Source: Thraustochytrium aureum (Eukaryota). From it: a stretch of 61,214 nucleotides of DNA. The position numbers were made by a program, and so were the translations under genes. Location of the stretch: NCBI GenBank assembly GCA_012862495.1, contig BLSG01000088.1:17440-78653 (forward strand), in the 5' to 3' direction. The notes under the pieces were generated by a model. It searched no databases and was not told the DNA's origin. It was given only the letters and a program-made list of their open reading frames with translations. Shown one piece after another: positions 13,324 to 26,206 of the stretch (position 1 is its first letter; each line of letters starts with the position of its first letter).

Positions 13324-15969
13324 TCAAAGCACCGGGCCACGGGGCGCATGCCCGATGGCGCCTCCATGCGAGTGCCCGTGTGGCGCCGCGGAGCCCAGCT
13401 GAGCGAGTCCCTCGCTGTGCCCATGCCCATGCCCGTGGCTGTGCCCGTGGCTGTGCCCGTGGCCCTCCCCGCCGCAGCTTGCTGCTTGGTGGTCGCCGTG
13501 ACCGTGTGCGTGCGCATGTGGCGCGGGCGGAGCGAGATGGACAGTGACAGAGTCACCATGCGAGTGGCCGTGCCCCGCGTGGCTGTGGCCGTGTTTGCCC
13601 TCGTGGCCATGGCCGGAACACTGTTGAGGCCCAGGTGCAAAGACAGCGGCGCCGCCTCGCGCCAGTTGATCTCGCTGTGCACTCTTTTGGTCTGGCGACA
13701 AGAGCCCGTCAGTCGACCTCACCAGCGCGCCGGTTTGGTAGTCCCAAAATAGTGGGATCGAGTGCTGCCGCCGCACTTCGAGCATCGCCGCCAACGCGCT
13801 GCGGCGATACACTTGCACGGTGAGGTGACGGCAGTTCCCAATGTGTACGCGAATGACGTCTTCGACCTGGCGGGACACGACCTGCTCCGAGGCGCCTTCC
13901 ACGACTATGACGTGGAGGGCAACCACCGCAACGCCCGGCGCTTGCAACCACAGCTGTGGCTCACGGATACCGACAACCGCGTCCATATACGCAATCTCGC
14001 GAAGCGCGGTTTGAAATGCGTACGTGGTGCCGTCCGGCACGATGAGAAGCAGTGAACGGGCCGTCGACCGCAGCAGCGGGTACACTGCCATGAGGATCAA
14101 AAGTGAGATGAGCAGCGAGCACAGGGGGTCCGCGATAAACCACCCCTTGTACTCGATCAGCAAGGAAGAGATGATGACGCCCAGACTCCCGAGGGCGTCC
14201 GCAAGTACATGGAGAAACACGCCGTGCATGTTGTCGTTCGAGTGGCTGTGGCCGTGGTCGTGCGCGTGGCCGTGACTGTCTTCCCCGGCGTGGGCGTGGT
14301 CGTGGAAAAACACCAAGCCGACAAGGTTGACGAGAAACCCGAACACCGACGTTGTCAGAAGCCCGCCCGTCGTGAGCTCGGGCGGCTCGGAAAGCCGCTC
14401 CAGCGACTCGGTCATGATGAATACAGCTATAAAGACCAAAAACACACCGTTGACGAAGCCGCAGATGGTCTCGTACCGCGCGTATCCGTACGTGTAGTGC
14501 CGGTCGGGCTTCCACTTGGACACGAACGAGGCGAAGAGCCCAATAAAGAGCGCAGCGCAGTCAAAAAACATGTGCCCCGCATCCGAGATGAGGCCCAGCG
14601 AGTTGGTCCAGAAACCGACCAAAACCTCGACAAACATGAATGCCAGGTTGATGGTCAAGAAGATGGCGATTTTTCGCGAGTCTGGCGAGCTCGCCACATG
14701 CCGCATCATGCGCCGCACCCCTGTGGCGATCCCGCCCCACGACATGTCTTTCAGAACCGGCCCAGGGTAAAGGGGCGGCATCCGCGTGTACAAGCCGTCC
14801 AGGTCGTCGTCGGCGAGGACGAGCTGCGACAGCCTTCGCCACGCAAACCCGAACACGCCCGGCTGCCCGCGGTCGTCACCGTATCCGAACCCGTACGGCC
14901 GGTTGCCCAGTGGAGTCTCTGTCGCTGCGCCAGCCCTTGAGACGTCAAAAAGGCCTGCGGCTGCAAGGCCCCACGCCGCAAATATTGGAACAAAGTTGCG
15001 CTCGTGGTCCATCATGCTCTCGTCGCCGGTCCGGCTGAGGTGCAGCGCGGCAAAAGCAACAAGGAAGGAGACAACCAGGCTGATGAGGTCCCCAGTACTC
15101 TCCCGGATGTAGCTGGCCGCCACCGAGTCGGTGTAAAACTGGAGCACCACCACGAGCATCGCGCACAACGCGGCCTGGCCGATGGTGGCCCACGATAGCA
15201 CACGGTAGTCGTAGTCGGCGCCGACCACGGCTTCCCCGATAAAGTCAAGGAGGACGAGAGGGAGCAGCGCCGCCGTGGCCGCGACCAGCGAGAGGGCGTG
15301 CAGCCGCTTCGAGCCGCCAATGTCCTTGGCCACCTTGCTCGCGAACCGCTCGCGGACCGCGCCGAGCAGGGAGCTCACCACGAGCAAGGCAAGCCCGCCG
15401 ACGAGCCCGAGCTCGTCCAGAACGCCCGGTCCTCCATCGCCCCCTGCGGTACCCTCCAGCCCTGCGCCGCCCTCTGCGAGCTCGGCTCCTGGACCTGGAC
15501 CGTTGTCCACACTGTGGAACAGCAAAAGCAGAAACCCCCCGAGGAACAAGAGCTCCCCGCGTAGGCGCTTTCGCCGCACCGCGCCGCCTTGGCTCTGGAC
15601 GATAAACCCGAGCAGGCCTGCGATGCAGACGTGCGAGTGTTCGAGGATGATTGCGCGCAGGGCGCCGCACTCTTGCAACCCCTTAGAGTAGACAAGCCAG
15701 ACCGCAGCCAAGAGCGCGCCGTTGATGGCGACGCGGAGCCATTGCTGGTTGCTCAGCTTGCGCGCCGATGTCCACGGCCGCTGCAGCGCGAAGACCGCCG
15801 CGCTCGCGAAGAGCAGCGTCAAAAAGCAAAACACGACCACCGGCAGGTGGCTCAGAAGCCGCACCGCCGACAGAATCCCATACACGCGAAGGCACTTTGA
15901 CCCCGTGTACAGCCCGTACGCCGCCAGGCCCCTATTCGCCGCACCAAGACACGTCAGCAACACCTCCAC
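13324..15969 (-). CDS. CDF zinc transporter, ZnT5/Msc2/MTP12-like, with an N-terminal multi-TM extension and His-rich tail (true start probably in the upstream gap)
   Basis: CDF signatures SLGLISDAGHMFFD (TM2 HxxxD), YTYGYARYE, His-rich loop HDHAHAGEDSHGHAHDHGHSH and NMHGVFLHVLADALGS (TM5 HxxxD); many hydrophobic helices precede the core. Confidence 0.92.
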   Translation of the reverse strand: MEVLLTCLGAANRGLAAYGLYTGSKCLRVYGILSAVRLLSHLPVVVFCFLTLLFASAAVFALQRPWTSARKLSNQQWLRVAINGALLAAVWLVYSKGLQECGALRAIILEHSHVCIAGLLGFIVQSQGGAVRRKRLRGELLFLGGFLLLLFHSVDNGPGPGAELAEGGAGLEGTAGGDGGPGVLDELGLVGGLALLVVSSLLGAVRERFASKVAKDIGGSKRLHALSLVAATAALLPLVLLDFIGEAVVGADYDYRVLSWATIGQAALCAMLVVVLQFYTDSVAASYIRESTGDLISLVVSFLVAFAALHLSRTGDESMMDHERNFVPIFAAWGLAAAGLFDVSRAGAATETPLGNRPYGFGYGDDRGQPGVFGFAWRRLSQLVLADDDLDGLYTRMPPLYPGPVLKDMSWGGIATGVRRMMRHVASSPDSRKIAIFLTINLAFMFVEVLVGFWTNSLGLISDAGHMFFDCAALFIGLFASFVSKWKPDRHYTYGYARYETICGFVNGVFLVFIAVFIMTESLERLSEPPELTTGGLLTTSVFGFLVNLVGLVFFHDHAHAGEDSHGHAHDHGHSHSNDNMHGVFLHVLADALGSLGVIISSLLIEYKGWFIADPLCSLLISLLILMAVYPLLRSTARSLLLIVPDGTTYAFQTALREIAYMDAVVGIREPQLWLQAPGVAVVALHVIVVEGASEQVVSRQVEDVIRVHIGNCRHLTVQVYRRSALAAMLEVRRQHSIPLFWDYQTGALVRSTDGLLSPDQKSAQRDQLARGGAAVFAPGPQQCSGHGHEGKHGHSHAGHGHSHGDSVTVHLAPPAPHAHAHGHGDHQAASCGGEGHGHSHGHSHGHGHGHSEGLAQLGSAAPHGHSHGGAIGHAPRGPVL

Positions 15970-16915
15970 CGGCCAACCCNNNNNNNNNNNNNNNNNNNNN
16001 NNNNNNNNNNNNNNNNNNNNNNNNNNNNNNNNNNNNNNNNNNNNNNNNNNNNNNNNNNNNNNNNNNNNNNNNNNNNNNNNNNNNNNNNNNNNNNNNNNNN
16101 NNNNNNNNNNNNNNNNNNNNNNNNNNNNNNNNNNNNNNNNNNNNNNNNNNNNNNNNNNNNNNNNNNNNNNNNNNNNNNNNNNNNNNNNNNNNNNNNNNNN
16201 NNNNNNNNNNNNNNNNNNNNNNNNNNNNNNNNNNNNNNNNNNNNNNNNNNNNNNNNNNNNNNNNNNNNNNNNNNNNNNNNNNNNNNNNNNNNNNNNNNNN
16301 NNNNNNNNNNNNNNNNNNNNNNNNNNNNNNNNNNNNNNNNNNNNNNNNNNNNNNNNNNNNNNNNNNNNNNNNNNNNNNNNNNNNNNNNNNNNNNNNNNNN
16401 NNNNNNNNNNNNNNNNNNNNNNNNNNNNNNNNNNNNNNNNNNNNNNNNNNNNNNNNNNNNNNNNNNNNNNNNNNNNNNNNNNNNNNNNNNNNNNNNNNNN
16501 NNNNNNNNNNNNNNNNNNNNNNNNNNNNNNNNNNNNNNNNNNNNNNNNNNNNNNNNNNNNNNNNNNNNNNNNNNNNNNNNNNNNNNNNNNNNNNNNNNNN
16601 NNNNNNNNNNNNNNNNNNNNNNNNNNNNNNNNNNNNNNNNNNNNNNNNNNNNNNNNNNNNNNNNNNNNNNNNNNNNNNNNNNNNNNNNNNNNNNNNNNNN
16701 NNNNNNNNNNNNNNNNNNNNNNNNNNNNGCCGACTTACTGGCGAGAGGTCGTTGGGTTCGTCAGCGCGTGTCGAGGACATACATGCAGCAAGTGTTGAGC
16801 TCGGACGGTCGCCGGTGGCTGTGGGCGGCACTGACGCAGAAGGAATCAACGATCATTCAAGTTTTTAGAATAGGTCCTGCTCTAGCTAGCTCTGGCGAGC
16901 GAGACTGCCTGACAA

Positions 16916-19900
16916 CTAGGGGTCGCCCTCTACCTGCGCAAGGGCCGAATCGATGACATCGAGAACGACCTCGTATGAGACGTCCAATGCAGTGCAGAGA
17001 CTACGCGTCTCTCGAAACGACTGCAATGCCGTCTCATAGACCGCCACCGACGACGTTGACGTGGCAAGCAGCCGGTTTTGAAGGTATTCAACGCCGGAAG
17101 GACCAAAGTGCAGGAACGCAAAGCCCTCCTTGTGCACGAGCGTTGGCCATCGCACCCGCACACCCCGTCGCGGGTTGAAGACAGAGTCCACAACATAGTT
17201 ACACCGCGACAGGAGCGCAGCCACGAGGAGCTCGCGAAAGTAGCCGTCGTCGTCGAGCATGACGCAAAACTCGATGCGCTGCGGGAGGACGAACGAGTGA
17301 GGCACGCGCCGGTTGATGTCATACCCAATGGCTGTGGAGCGGCAGTACTCTGGAATCTGCTGGAAGTTGAGCCCTGCCTGCTTGGCCTTGCGGGAGAGAG
17401 AGGATACAAAGTTTTGCACCGAGGCTCCTGCAGCAACCATCCACTGAACCTCGATGTGATAGCCCTGGTACGGCGTGTATATCGAGTCATACTGCAGGAT
17501 GAGCCACTCGTACCGCCCTGTATTGCGCGACTGGATCTCCACCTTGGCGTAGTGCGTGCGGCACGGCAAGCCGCCGAGCACGGTGGGGTCCTCGCTGATA
17601 TCGGGGGCGCTGGCTGGAAGCGCATTGGTCGCGGCCCCCATCGGGGGTGTCCTGGGGGAGCGCACCGCGTCGCCTGGACTCGAGCCACCCTCGCCGCTTG
17701 CCTTGCCGCTTGTGGGCGAGCCGCCTTCCTCGCTGAGCCTGTTGAAACGCCGCCGAACAACGATGTCGAGGCGCTTGGCGGTCTTGGCGTCAAGCCAGGC
17801 CGCAAAGCGCCTGAACCCGGCCACAGCCTTGTCTTCCTCGTCAAGGGAAAGGCGAGCCGGTGTCCAGTCCTCGTCTTCTTCAACTGGCAACGCATGCGAC
17901 TCAGGGCCGCTCGCGGCATCGGTCCCCTTGCCGTCGGGAGCCGTGGCCTCGTGGGGCGCCACTCCGCCCGCACCAGGGCTGTTTGGACTTGCCACTTCTG
18001 CGTGTGGCGAGGCGAGACCTGTGTCCTCTTCCGCAGGCTGCTGGCCCACGTCGACGGGAACAGCCGCATCCAGCATCGTCGAGGTGGACGGCGGCGCAGC
18101 CGAGGCGTGACGACGCAACAGCGGCCTTGAGTCGCCCTGCGCGGGTTCCAGCACTAAATCCTGCGTAAAGTCCGGCTGCCGGCTCGCGCCCTTTTCGGTG
18201 TCCATCGGAAACGCCAAACCTCTCCCGTTTGGCACGGCTTTGCCTTGCGTCCCACCAGACCCAGGACTTTTTGCTTGCAGGCCTTGCGAGCTCCCCGAGC
18301 GCGCTCCCGTCAGGGCGGTGTCAACGCTCGAGGCATAGCTTCGTCCGTGGCCCTTTTCGAGCGCAAGCCAGCGGCTCCCGCGGGCCGTCTTACGATCGGC
18401 GGCCGAGGCCGTCACTGGCGGAAGCAGCATGAACATGTTGCGGCGGTAGCGCACTGTGGAGATAAAGTCGTCGTCGTAGCCGCAAACGATGTAATCGAGG
18501 CGGTTCCAGTTGTAAAAGGGGACGAGGTCGGTAAACTCGAGCGACACAGGCGCGGTAACCTTCTCGGCGCTATCGTAAAGGAGGTATTGGTAGGGCCACT
18601 TCACGACAGTCCCAGGCGAAAAGTTGTGGTGCACGTACCTCTTTACCTTGACCTCGCGCGTCTCGGGCGTGTACTCGAGCTCGTGGATTTGGTGCCCCAT
18701 CGTAAGCACGTACGTGGTCTGCATAAGGGACGCCTGGCCGGCGCCCTCCAGGCTCGCGCCCTCGCCTGCCGTCTTCGCGTCCGACTCGGCGTCCCTCCAC
18801 GTCAGCGTCGCCAGTATCCGCGCTGATGGCAGGGAGCTGATGATGGCTCTTTGACCGCCCCATGCCCACGCCTCGCCGACCCAATCGCTGCGCGTGCAGG
18901 ACCCCGGCAACCCCGGGGCCAGTCGGCGGACCCATCGTAGCGGTCGAGCCCTGGCCGGCAGACCCGGCCGGGCCCATGCCTTGCGCTTGTTGGCTCACCC
19001 CCGACAATTGCCTCTTGACGTAGCCCGGGCCTGAAAGAAGCCCCGGGCCAAGCACGGGCCCGCTTGCGTCTTGCGCTGCTGCGCCAAGCCCTGTGGAGAA
19101 TCTGGGGCCACCACCCCCAATGGTCAACGTCGCCGCGCCGCCGGCCTTGGAACTCGCAGCGCGGCGAGCTCCGGCAGGTCGTATGACAACTATGTTGGAG
19201 TTTGGACGAGGGCCTTGCCCAGAGAGGCCTGTCGAGAACGTTCGACCAGTGCCCAACGCCGTCCCGGCTGGCCCCGCCCGCCATCGCTCTACATTCGATC
19301 GCGATGATTTGTTAGGGGACCGTCGCACCGCTGAGGCAGCTTGGGCAGCCTCACCAAGCGTGTCTGAAGGGCGGCGCCCTCTCTCCTGCGCGGCTTGGCC
19401 CTCTCCCGATTCGGGGGCAGCGCCTTGCCTCTCTGTCTCCAAGGGCTGCTCGCCTGCAGGTTCGCTGCTCGTCGCTCCGCCGCTACCGGACGCTCCCGCC
19501 TCGCCCCGGTCACTAGGGACGTCTGCACTACAGGTCCCCAGCGTCCCGAGCTCTGCGGGGGACGAGGGCGACCGCGCAGGCGTTCCAACCACCGTTGTGC
19601 GGGAAATGGAGCGAGTTCGCGAGCGCTCCAAGGGGCCGACTTCTGCCAGCGCGTCACCGGCCGATTCGACAACTTCGCGCCGCCTGCGCGCTGAGCGGTC
19701 GCGTCGCGTCTCCACGAGGAGCTGAAAGTCTTGGGAGAGCCGCTGACAGACCATCTCCTGGATCAGGTCCTCGTGGTCTGCGTACCCGTAGTCTCCCGGC
19801 GCCTCCGGCAGCGTGAGCGAGTAAAAGTTCTCGCGGTAGTTGCACTCAAGCTCTGCGCGGTCCGGGAAATAGTCGGTCGTAAGGGGCAGAATGCCAGGCG

Positions 19901-22900
19901 ACTTGAGCGACTTCCAGTTGAGCCTGAACGACTCGATCGTCAGGGGCACGACCTGATCTTCCTCGTCCCCGCTCTCGCCAGCGCGCTCATCCGTCGAGCC
20001 CGTTTCGTCGTCGTCCTCCTCCGGTATCGAGTCAAAGTCCTCCACGCGGACGCCATGGCCCTCGTCGTCGAAGCGGCCCGTCGGGAACAGGTGCGACCAC
20101 CGCCGGCGGTTGTGCGTGAGGCGTTGCTGGTTCTTGAGCGACGTGAACACGCTCCAGTCGAACGGGTTGGCGGAAGCGGTAATGCCCGAAACCAGCGCAG
20201 GCGCAACCCCGGACTGGCTTGTTGCTGCCGTTGATATCGACGTCTGCCGCGTCAACGCTTGCGAAGACCCAAACGTTGACTGCTTGTTCAGCCTCGGCTG
20301 CGACTTGACATTTCGGATGCGCGCGCCAGTCGCCTGCGCTGCATCGTCGTCGAGGGCGAACCGCGTGTGCGCCAGTGCGGCACCGGCGTCCGAAATGTCG
20401 AGCGCGCTGGCAACGTCGAGATTGCCCAGGCCAACCCGCCTCCGTGACCCAAGCCGCGGAGACCGCGAGGGCGGCGACTCCGTCACGGGAACGGGCTCGA
20501 AAAGCCGCTCATTCTGCAAGTTGTGGGTTTCAGCGTCGATGCTGCTGCTCGAGGAGGCCACCGACGACGAGGAGGGCATGACGTCCAAAGGCTGTGTGAC
20601 CGACATCCCGGGCCCGAACGCGCCGCGGCGGTCCCAGGACAACAGCATGCGGGACTGTTCCAGCGACTTTGACGCCGCGCTCGGCCTGCTTCCGAGAGAC
20701 GAGCCAACGGACGCTGCTTGGCTCGCATCTCCAAGTGCTTTCTGCCCGAGAGACGAAATGTCCGCAGCTGTCTCTCCTGTTGCCATGGTGATGCCGTCGA
20801 GGCCGCGGGCGAGCTCCCGCTCCCCTTGCCCTTGTGCAGCTTGCCCTTGTGCAGCTAGAGTGTGGCTCCTTGCAACCTTGGAGGTGAGCATGGCAATAAT
20901 CTCGCCTTGCGCTTGTGTGCCTCCGCTCTGGGCTTGGCCTGGTGCTTGGGCGCGAGACGGGCGGAACTGAACCGTTTGCCGAGCGTCCTGGTTCTGCTCT
21001 TGGTCCCGAGTCGAGCGCACCAGACGAGCCTGCTGGGGGACATCCTGCCGAAATGAAATCACCTTGCTCCCACTTGGTTCTGGGCGACTCCCTGCATGAG
21101 CGCTGCGACCAACAACCTCGCCCTCGTGGTCGCTGTCCACACTCATGGCGCTCATCACGCTTCCACTGCGTCTCTTGGCGAGGTCTCGGGCTTCGCCAAC
21201 CTCGGGACCAAAGCCGACCTGGTTGGGCCGCGGGCGCAACGCTGACCCCTGCGCGTTGCTTGCGCGCATGTTGACGACGCTCGTGCTGCGGGACACATTG
21301 CTGGCGCTGCGCCTGCTTGCCAGCTCCGTCGGCGCGATTCGCAGGAACGAGTCGGGTCGCCGGAACACTGCCTTGTCGAACTCGAGGTGCCGCTCCATGT
21401 TGTTCATGAGGCGGTCCGACCACACCGCGGCGTTGAAGGGTGCGGCGGCGCCAACACTGGCTTGCGGCGCCAGCGGTGCCATCGCATGGGCGTCGGATGC
21501 GCCGCGCCCCTCGCCGGGCTGGGACCAATGCGGGAGTGGAAGAGNNNNNNNNNNNNNNNNNNNNNNNNNNNNNNNNNNNNNNNNNNNNNNNNNNNNNNNN
21601 NNNNNNNNNNNNNNNNNNNNNNNNNNNNNNNNNNNNNNNNNNNNNNNNNNNNNNNNNNNNNNNNNNNNNNNNNNNNNNNNNNNNNNNNNNNNNNNNNNNN
21701 NNNNNNNNNNNNNNNNNNNNNNNNNNNNNNNNNNNNNNNNNNNNNNNNNNNNNNNNNNNNNNNNNNNNNNNNNNNNNNNNNNNNNNNNNNNNNNNNNNNN
21801 NNNNNNNNNNNNNNNNNNNNNNNNNNNNNNNNNNNNNNNNNNNNNNNNNNNNNNNNNNNNNNNNNNNNNNNNNNNNNNNNNNNNNNNNNNNNNNNNNNNN
21901 NNNNNNNNNNNNNNNNNNNNNNNNNNNNNNNNNNNNNNNNNNNNNNNNNNNNNNNNNNNNNNNNNNNNNNNNNNNNNNNNNNNNNNNNNNNNNNNNNNNN
22001 NNNNNNNNNNNNNNNNNNNNNNNNNNNNNNNNNNNNNNNNNNNNNNNNNNNNNNNNNNNNNNNNNNNNNNNNNNNNNNNNNNNNNNNNNNNNNNNNNNNN
22101 NNNNNNNNNNNNNNNNNNNNNNNNNNNNNNNNNNNNNNNNNNNNNNNNNNNNNNNNNNNNNNNNNNNNNNNNNNNNNNNGAAAGCCAGCATTTTCTCCTG
22201 CGGCCGCTTGCCCGTGCCGCCCCACGAGGTGTGCCGATGAAGGTCCATGCCCGACGCTATGTGTGCGATCGGCTGCTGCGAATCCGTGTATGCACCAAGC
22301 GCCGCGTCCCCTGTAAGGGTTTGCATCAACGGGTACCAAGGGTTCATCGTCTCGCGGCACGGGACACGGTGAAGGCTTTGCGCCCCGTCTTTGGCGCCGT
22401 CCGTGTGCTCGAGGGCGCTCCAAACGAGCTGGCTGATGAGTGCCACGGGAACACTGCTCCGGGAAGGCTCTGTCAGGTCGTACATGCGGTTAAACGGCAG
22501 CGGCTCAAACTGCTCCCCAGCAGAATAGGTTCCAGCAGATTTAAGCTGCGCTTTCCACAGGGCCCAGCTGTTGCCCGAAGTCGAGTCGATGCCTCCAGGC
22601 TGCATTGAGCCAGCCAAGCTTTGCTGGTTGGCGTTGAGCGAGGTCAGGGGCAGGTCTGCCGCCGCGCCTGGGCGAACGATGCTCTTGTGATAGGGAAAGC
22701 TGAGGTGGATCCAGTGCGGGATGTTGTACACTGGCAAGGCTGCATGTGCGCTTGAACCGAGCAAGCCTTGATGTCGCACGGCAGCCCCTGTGACATCAAA
22801 AGTGTCGCTTGGCTCGTTGGGGCCGTCTCCAGCCCAAGCCTCGCCTGTGCCGGCGGAGCCAGAGGCCTCGGCGAAGGCGTGGGCCAGCACGGTGCCGTTT

Positions 22901-25208
22901 GCGGCTGAGTGCGCCTGCACAGGGCGGAGCTCGGGCGAGAGTTGGTACGGCGTCGCCGCAACTCGCTCGTGCGCGACGCGTTGCATTTCCGGCTGAGCGA
23001 TGCGGTAGAGAGTCGGCGGCGCGAACGGGTGGACGCGGTCGAGCGTGTCGAGCGTATCGCTGGAAGGCTTGTAAACAAAGAGCGGCGCGACATGCAGCGG
23101 GGCCCGAGTGAGGCTGACAAAGTCGCATCCAATCGCGTTGTCCATCATTCGCTGCTTCGTGATCTTCGTGAGGCGGCGGTCCACCTCAAAGACGCCGGTC
23201 CCCGGGGTGACAAGGACCATAGCTTGACCAGTCCGGACCAAGTCTCGGTCCATAAGTGTTTGTCAAGGATGTTGAGGCAGAGGTTGATNNNNNNNNNNNN
23301 NNNNNNNNNNNNNNNNNNNNNNNNNNNNNNNNNNNNNNNNNNNNNNNNNNNNNNNNNNNNNNNNNNNNNNNNNNNNNNNNNNNNNNNNNNNNNNNNNNNN
23401 NNNNNNNNNNNNNNNNNNNNNNNNNNNNNNNNNNNNNNNNNNNNNNNNNNNNNNNNNNNNNNNNNNNNNNNNNNNNNNNNNNNNNNNNNNNNNNNNNNNN
23501 NNNNNNNNNNNNNNNNNNNGGCGATCATGGACCGTCGCGGCGAGCTGGCCCCGCCCGAGCCCGCCGCGCTACGCGCCGCTAACCCCGCTACCGTGGACGC
23601 GTCTTCGACGGACGCCGTCCTGGAGTGCTCCCGGGTCCCGTCAGGAGCCGCAGACGGCTCGACAGGAATTTCCCAGCCGCTGATCTGCGGGAAGCGGTGA
23701 AACTCCCGTTTGAGGAGCACCTTGAGCGACCCCCAGTCCGCGCGGGTCTCGTTCTCCACGACAGTGTGGTACAAGTCCGTGTAGTAGCGACCATCGTAGT
23801 CTTGCATGACGGCGGCGTGCGACGCCGGGGGGCGCGTGTTAAAGTAGGTGCGCGAAAAGTAGACCACCGTGAGCCGGTGTGTCACGCCTCGCTCCGTCCA
23901 CTTGTCGAATACCTCGGTCACGAAGCGGTTAAGAAAGCGCTCAAAGTAGAGGTCCCCGTCCTCGGCAAAGTTCCACATTTCCTTGCTCATCTGGACGAGC
24001 CAGTATAGGCGCGCAGAGCAGGAGCGAAAGATAAACTTGGTCGAGTCGCGCACGACCCCGCAGGCTACCGGCCGGTTGCCTTTGGTTAGCATCTCGTCGA
24101 TGCTGGCGTTGATCCCGCACTCGGTGACCTTTTGGCCGATGTAGCAACTCTTGCTGCGCATGGCTTCCCGAAAGCGCCAGAACTCGCCTTGGGAGATGTA
24201 CTGGTCCTTGAAGCTGATCTCCACGTAGCTCAGCGTGTACTTGCTGGGTTCGCACTTGCGGACCACGACGGGCTGGAACGTTTGGAGTTGGAACGCCGGG
24301 TTTTTCGTGATGGACTTTAGCAGGCTGATCTGGATGTTGCCCCGTATCTGGTCCAGCGACGTCACCTGAAGCAGCAGGACCCGTTTGCTGAACTTGGGTC
24401 GAAATATCTCCACGTAGTCGCCGACGCGGATCCCGGGGAACAGGCCTGGGTTGAGCACAAGCTCTCGCTTAAAATCGGTCCGACTGTGGCTCGTAAGCAC
24501 GTACGTCTTCTCCTCTGCGCCGTCAGGGCCAACAACCCCGAGCGCGCTCTGCCGGCCCACCGCACCGGCCTGCCCCGGACGAAGGGACCCCAGCGAACCA
24601 AGTTGAATGTCGCCGCGCTCGGTCACCGCGGGCTCTGCAGGCGGCGCGATCTCTGGCGATGCAGCTTCACTGAGCGGACTTGCATTTGACAAGGCGGGGC
24701 TCAGCGCGCCCGTCCCAAGTGACGCGGCTGACGCCGGGAGTGAGCTGGGCCCGGCCATCACCAAGTGCGCGTTGCGTTGGGCGTCGCTGTCGCCGGCCTG
24801 GGGCGCTGGAGCCACGGCCACCTGGCCTCCGAGGTGGCTGTGGCGGTGGGTGGGCAGCGTCGCGGCGGCCGACTCTGGCAGGTCTGAGGCCGGCTTCGCG
24901 GCGCTCCCTGTCTGCCAAACGTTGGGCGCATCCGTGGGATCGCCTTTCGCTTGTTTGATGCCCGCGCTTCCGCTTTGCTCCGGCGCCACGCGGCCCTCAG
25001 GAGCTGCTTTCGTTTCGGTTGCTGCGCTTGAGCTGCTTCGCCCGGGCCCGCCAGCGCTTCCCGCTGCGCTCGCAGGCGTCGCCTTGGCATCTTCCGCACT
25101 GCTCGACCTGGCAGCTGCCACGGCCGGGGCATCGCCCTCCTCGGCGTTGCCAGCGCGGGGATCGGGGCCCTGGGCGCCGCCGTCCTGGCCGCCGCCCTTG
25201 CTGGACAT
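16916..25208 (-). CDS. DEPDC5: GATOR1/SEACIT subunit DEPDC5/IML1 (two gaps, two apparent frameshifts at ~23254 and ~18910)
   Basis: ELVLNPGLFPGIRVGDYVEI; FRSCSARLYWLVQMSKEMWNFAEDGDLYFE; INLCLNILDKH/MDRDLVRTGQAMVLVTPGTGVFEVD; RRRWSHLFP; WKSLKSPGILPLTTDYFPD; EMVCQRLSQDFQL; YNWNRLD; CTD YHIEVQWMVAAG. Built from ORFs 23145-25208, 20530-23253, 18570-21482 and 16916-18910. Confidence 0.93.
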
Positions 25209-26168
25209 GCTGCTCGGCTGCGTGCGCAGCGGCAGTCGGGCAGCTGCCGCTGTGCCAAGGGCGCCTGCGGCTGCCTCCGCGGCGTGCCGCTGGGGAGTGA
25301 GGACCTGATTGTGGCAGCTGCAGCTCGTTTAGCTCCAACGCTGCGCGGCAATGTTGGTCCTGGTCAGGAAAATGGTCTGGGCGAGTGCGGCCTCGACGAC
25401 CGGGGCACTGTGCTGCGGCTCGTCAACGTCGCGCGAAGGCTGTTCGTGCCGCCAGTGGCCTCCTGAAGGGACCTGGTGAGGTCGAGGACGAGGACGGCCT
25501 TGAACTGGGCCTGGCCGACTGACTGCAAGTCGAGCCGTCCGCGGTAAGCACCGCGCCGAGGCCAGATACCATGTATGTCCTGGGGCCGAAAACAGGGAGT
25601 ATGCATCAGAGCAAGCGCGGATTTCGGGGGGGTTCGCGGTCCGCTGAGGAGAGCGTCGCCGCCGTGCAAGCCTGAACTGGCGATCAGCTTAATGCTGCTG
25701 CGGCAGCGGGGATTCAATCAGAGTCGCAGAAACGCGCCCAGCACGGAGATCGTGCTGCGTGTGCCAAACCGCTCTTCTTCACGTCAGTTAGACTGCTACG
25801 GGCTTGCTTCTACTTTGCGTGCTGCCAGAGCCATCACGGCAAGCAACGGCGGCGGATGTCAATCACGTTCTGGTCTTCGGTTTCCGCTTGTATCACATAG
25901 GAACACTTCGCCGAAGACCGTGACTGAACATGTTTTGATCTCAATCTTTGGCGTCTGGTCCTCACAGGGCCGGCCTGGGTCTTCTTCCCCTGCGAGCCGC
26001 CTCCGTGGCGCGGCGAGACCTCCCTGTTGGTGCTGTCTGACCTGATAAAAGCTTCGGCAGCGTCGTTTCGTCCATCTTTTCGCTTGAGGTCGTGCCTCCC
26101 GTCTTTTCGTAGCGTAGAGCAACATCTCAACCACATGGAGCGCACCAAGGAAACGTTGGAGAGCCGCG

Positions 26169-26206
26169 CAGTCGACGATCAGGTCAACAGTCGACGATCA
26201 GGTCAA
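26169..26206. repeat. 19-bp perfect tandem duplication spanning a stop codon
   Basis: CAGTCGACGATCAGGTCAA at 26169-26187 and 26188-26206. Confidence 0.95.

Noticed and set aside
13176..13752. C-terminal extension of ORF 10618-13752 overlapping the CDF gene
   Set aside because: Wrong frame after the spurious gap; WDR27 ends at 13175.
25364..26148. Short minus-strand ORFs upstream of DEPDC5
   Set aside because: No recognisable homology; they could be exons but are unsupported.
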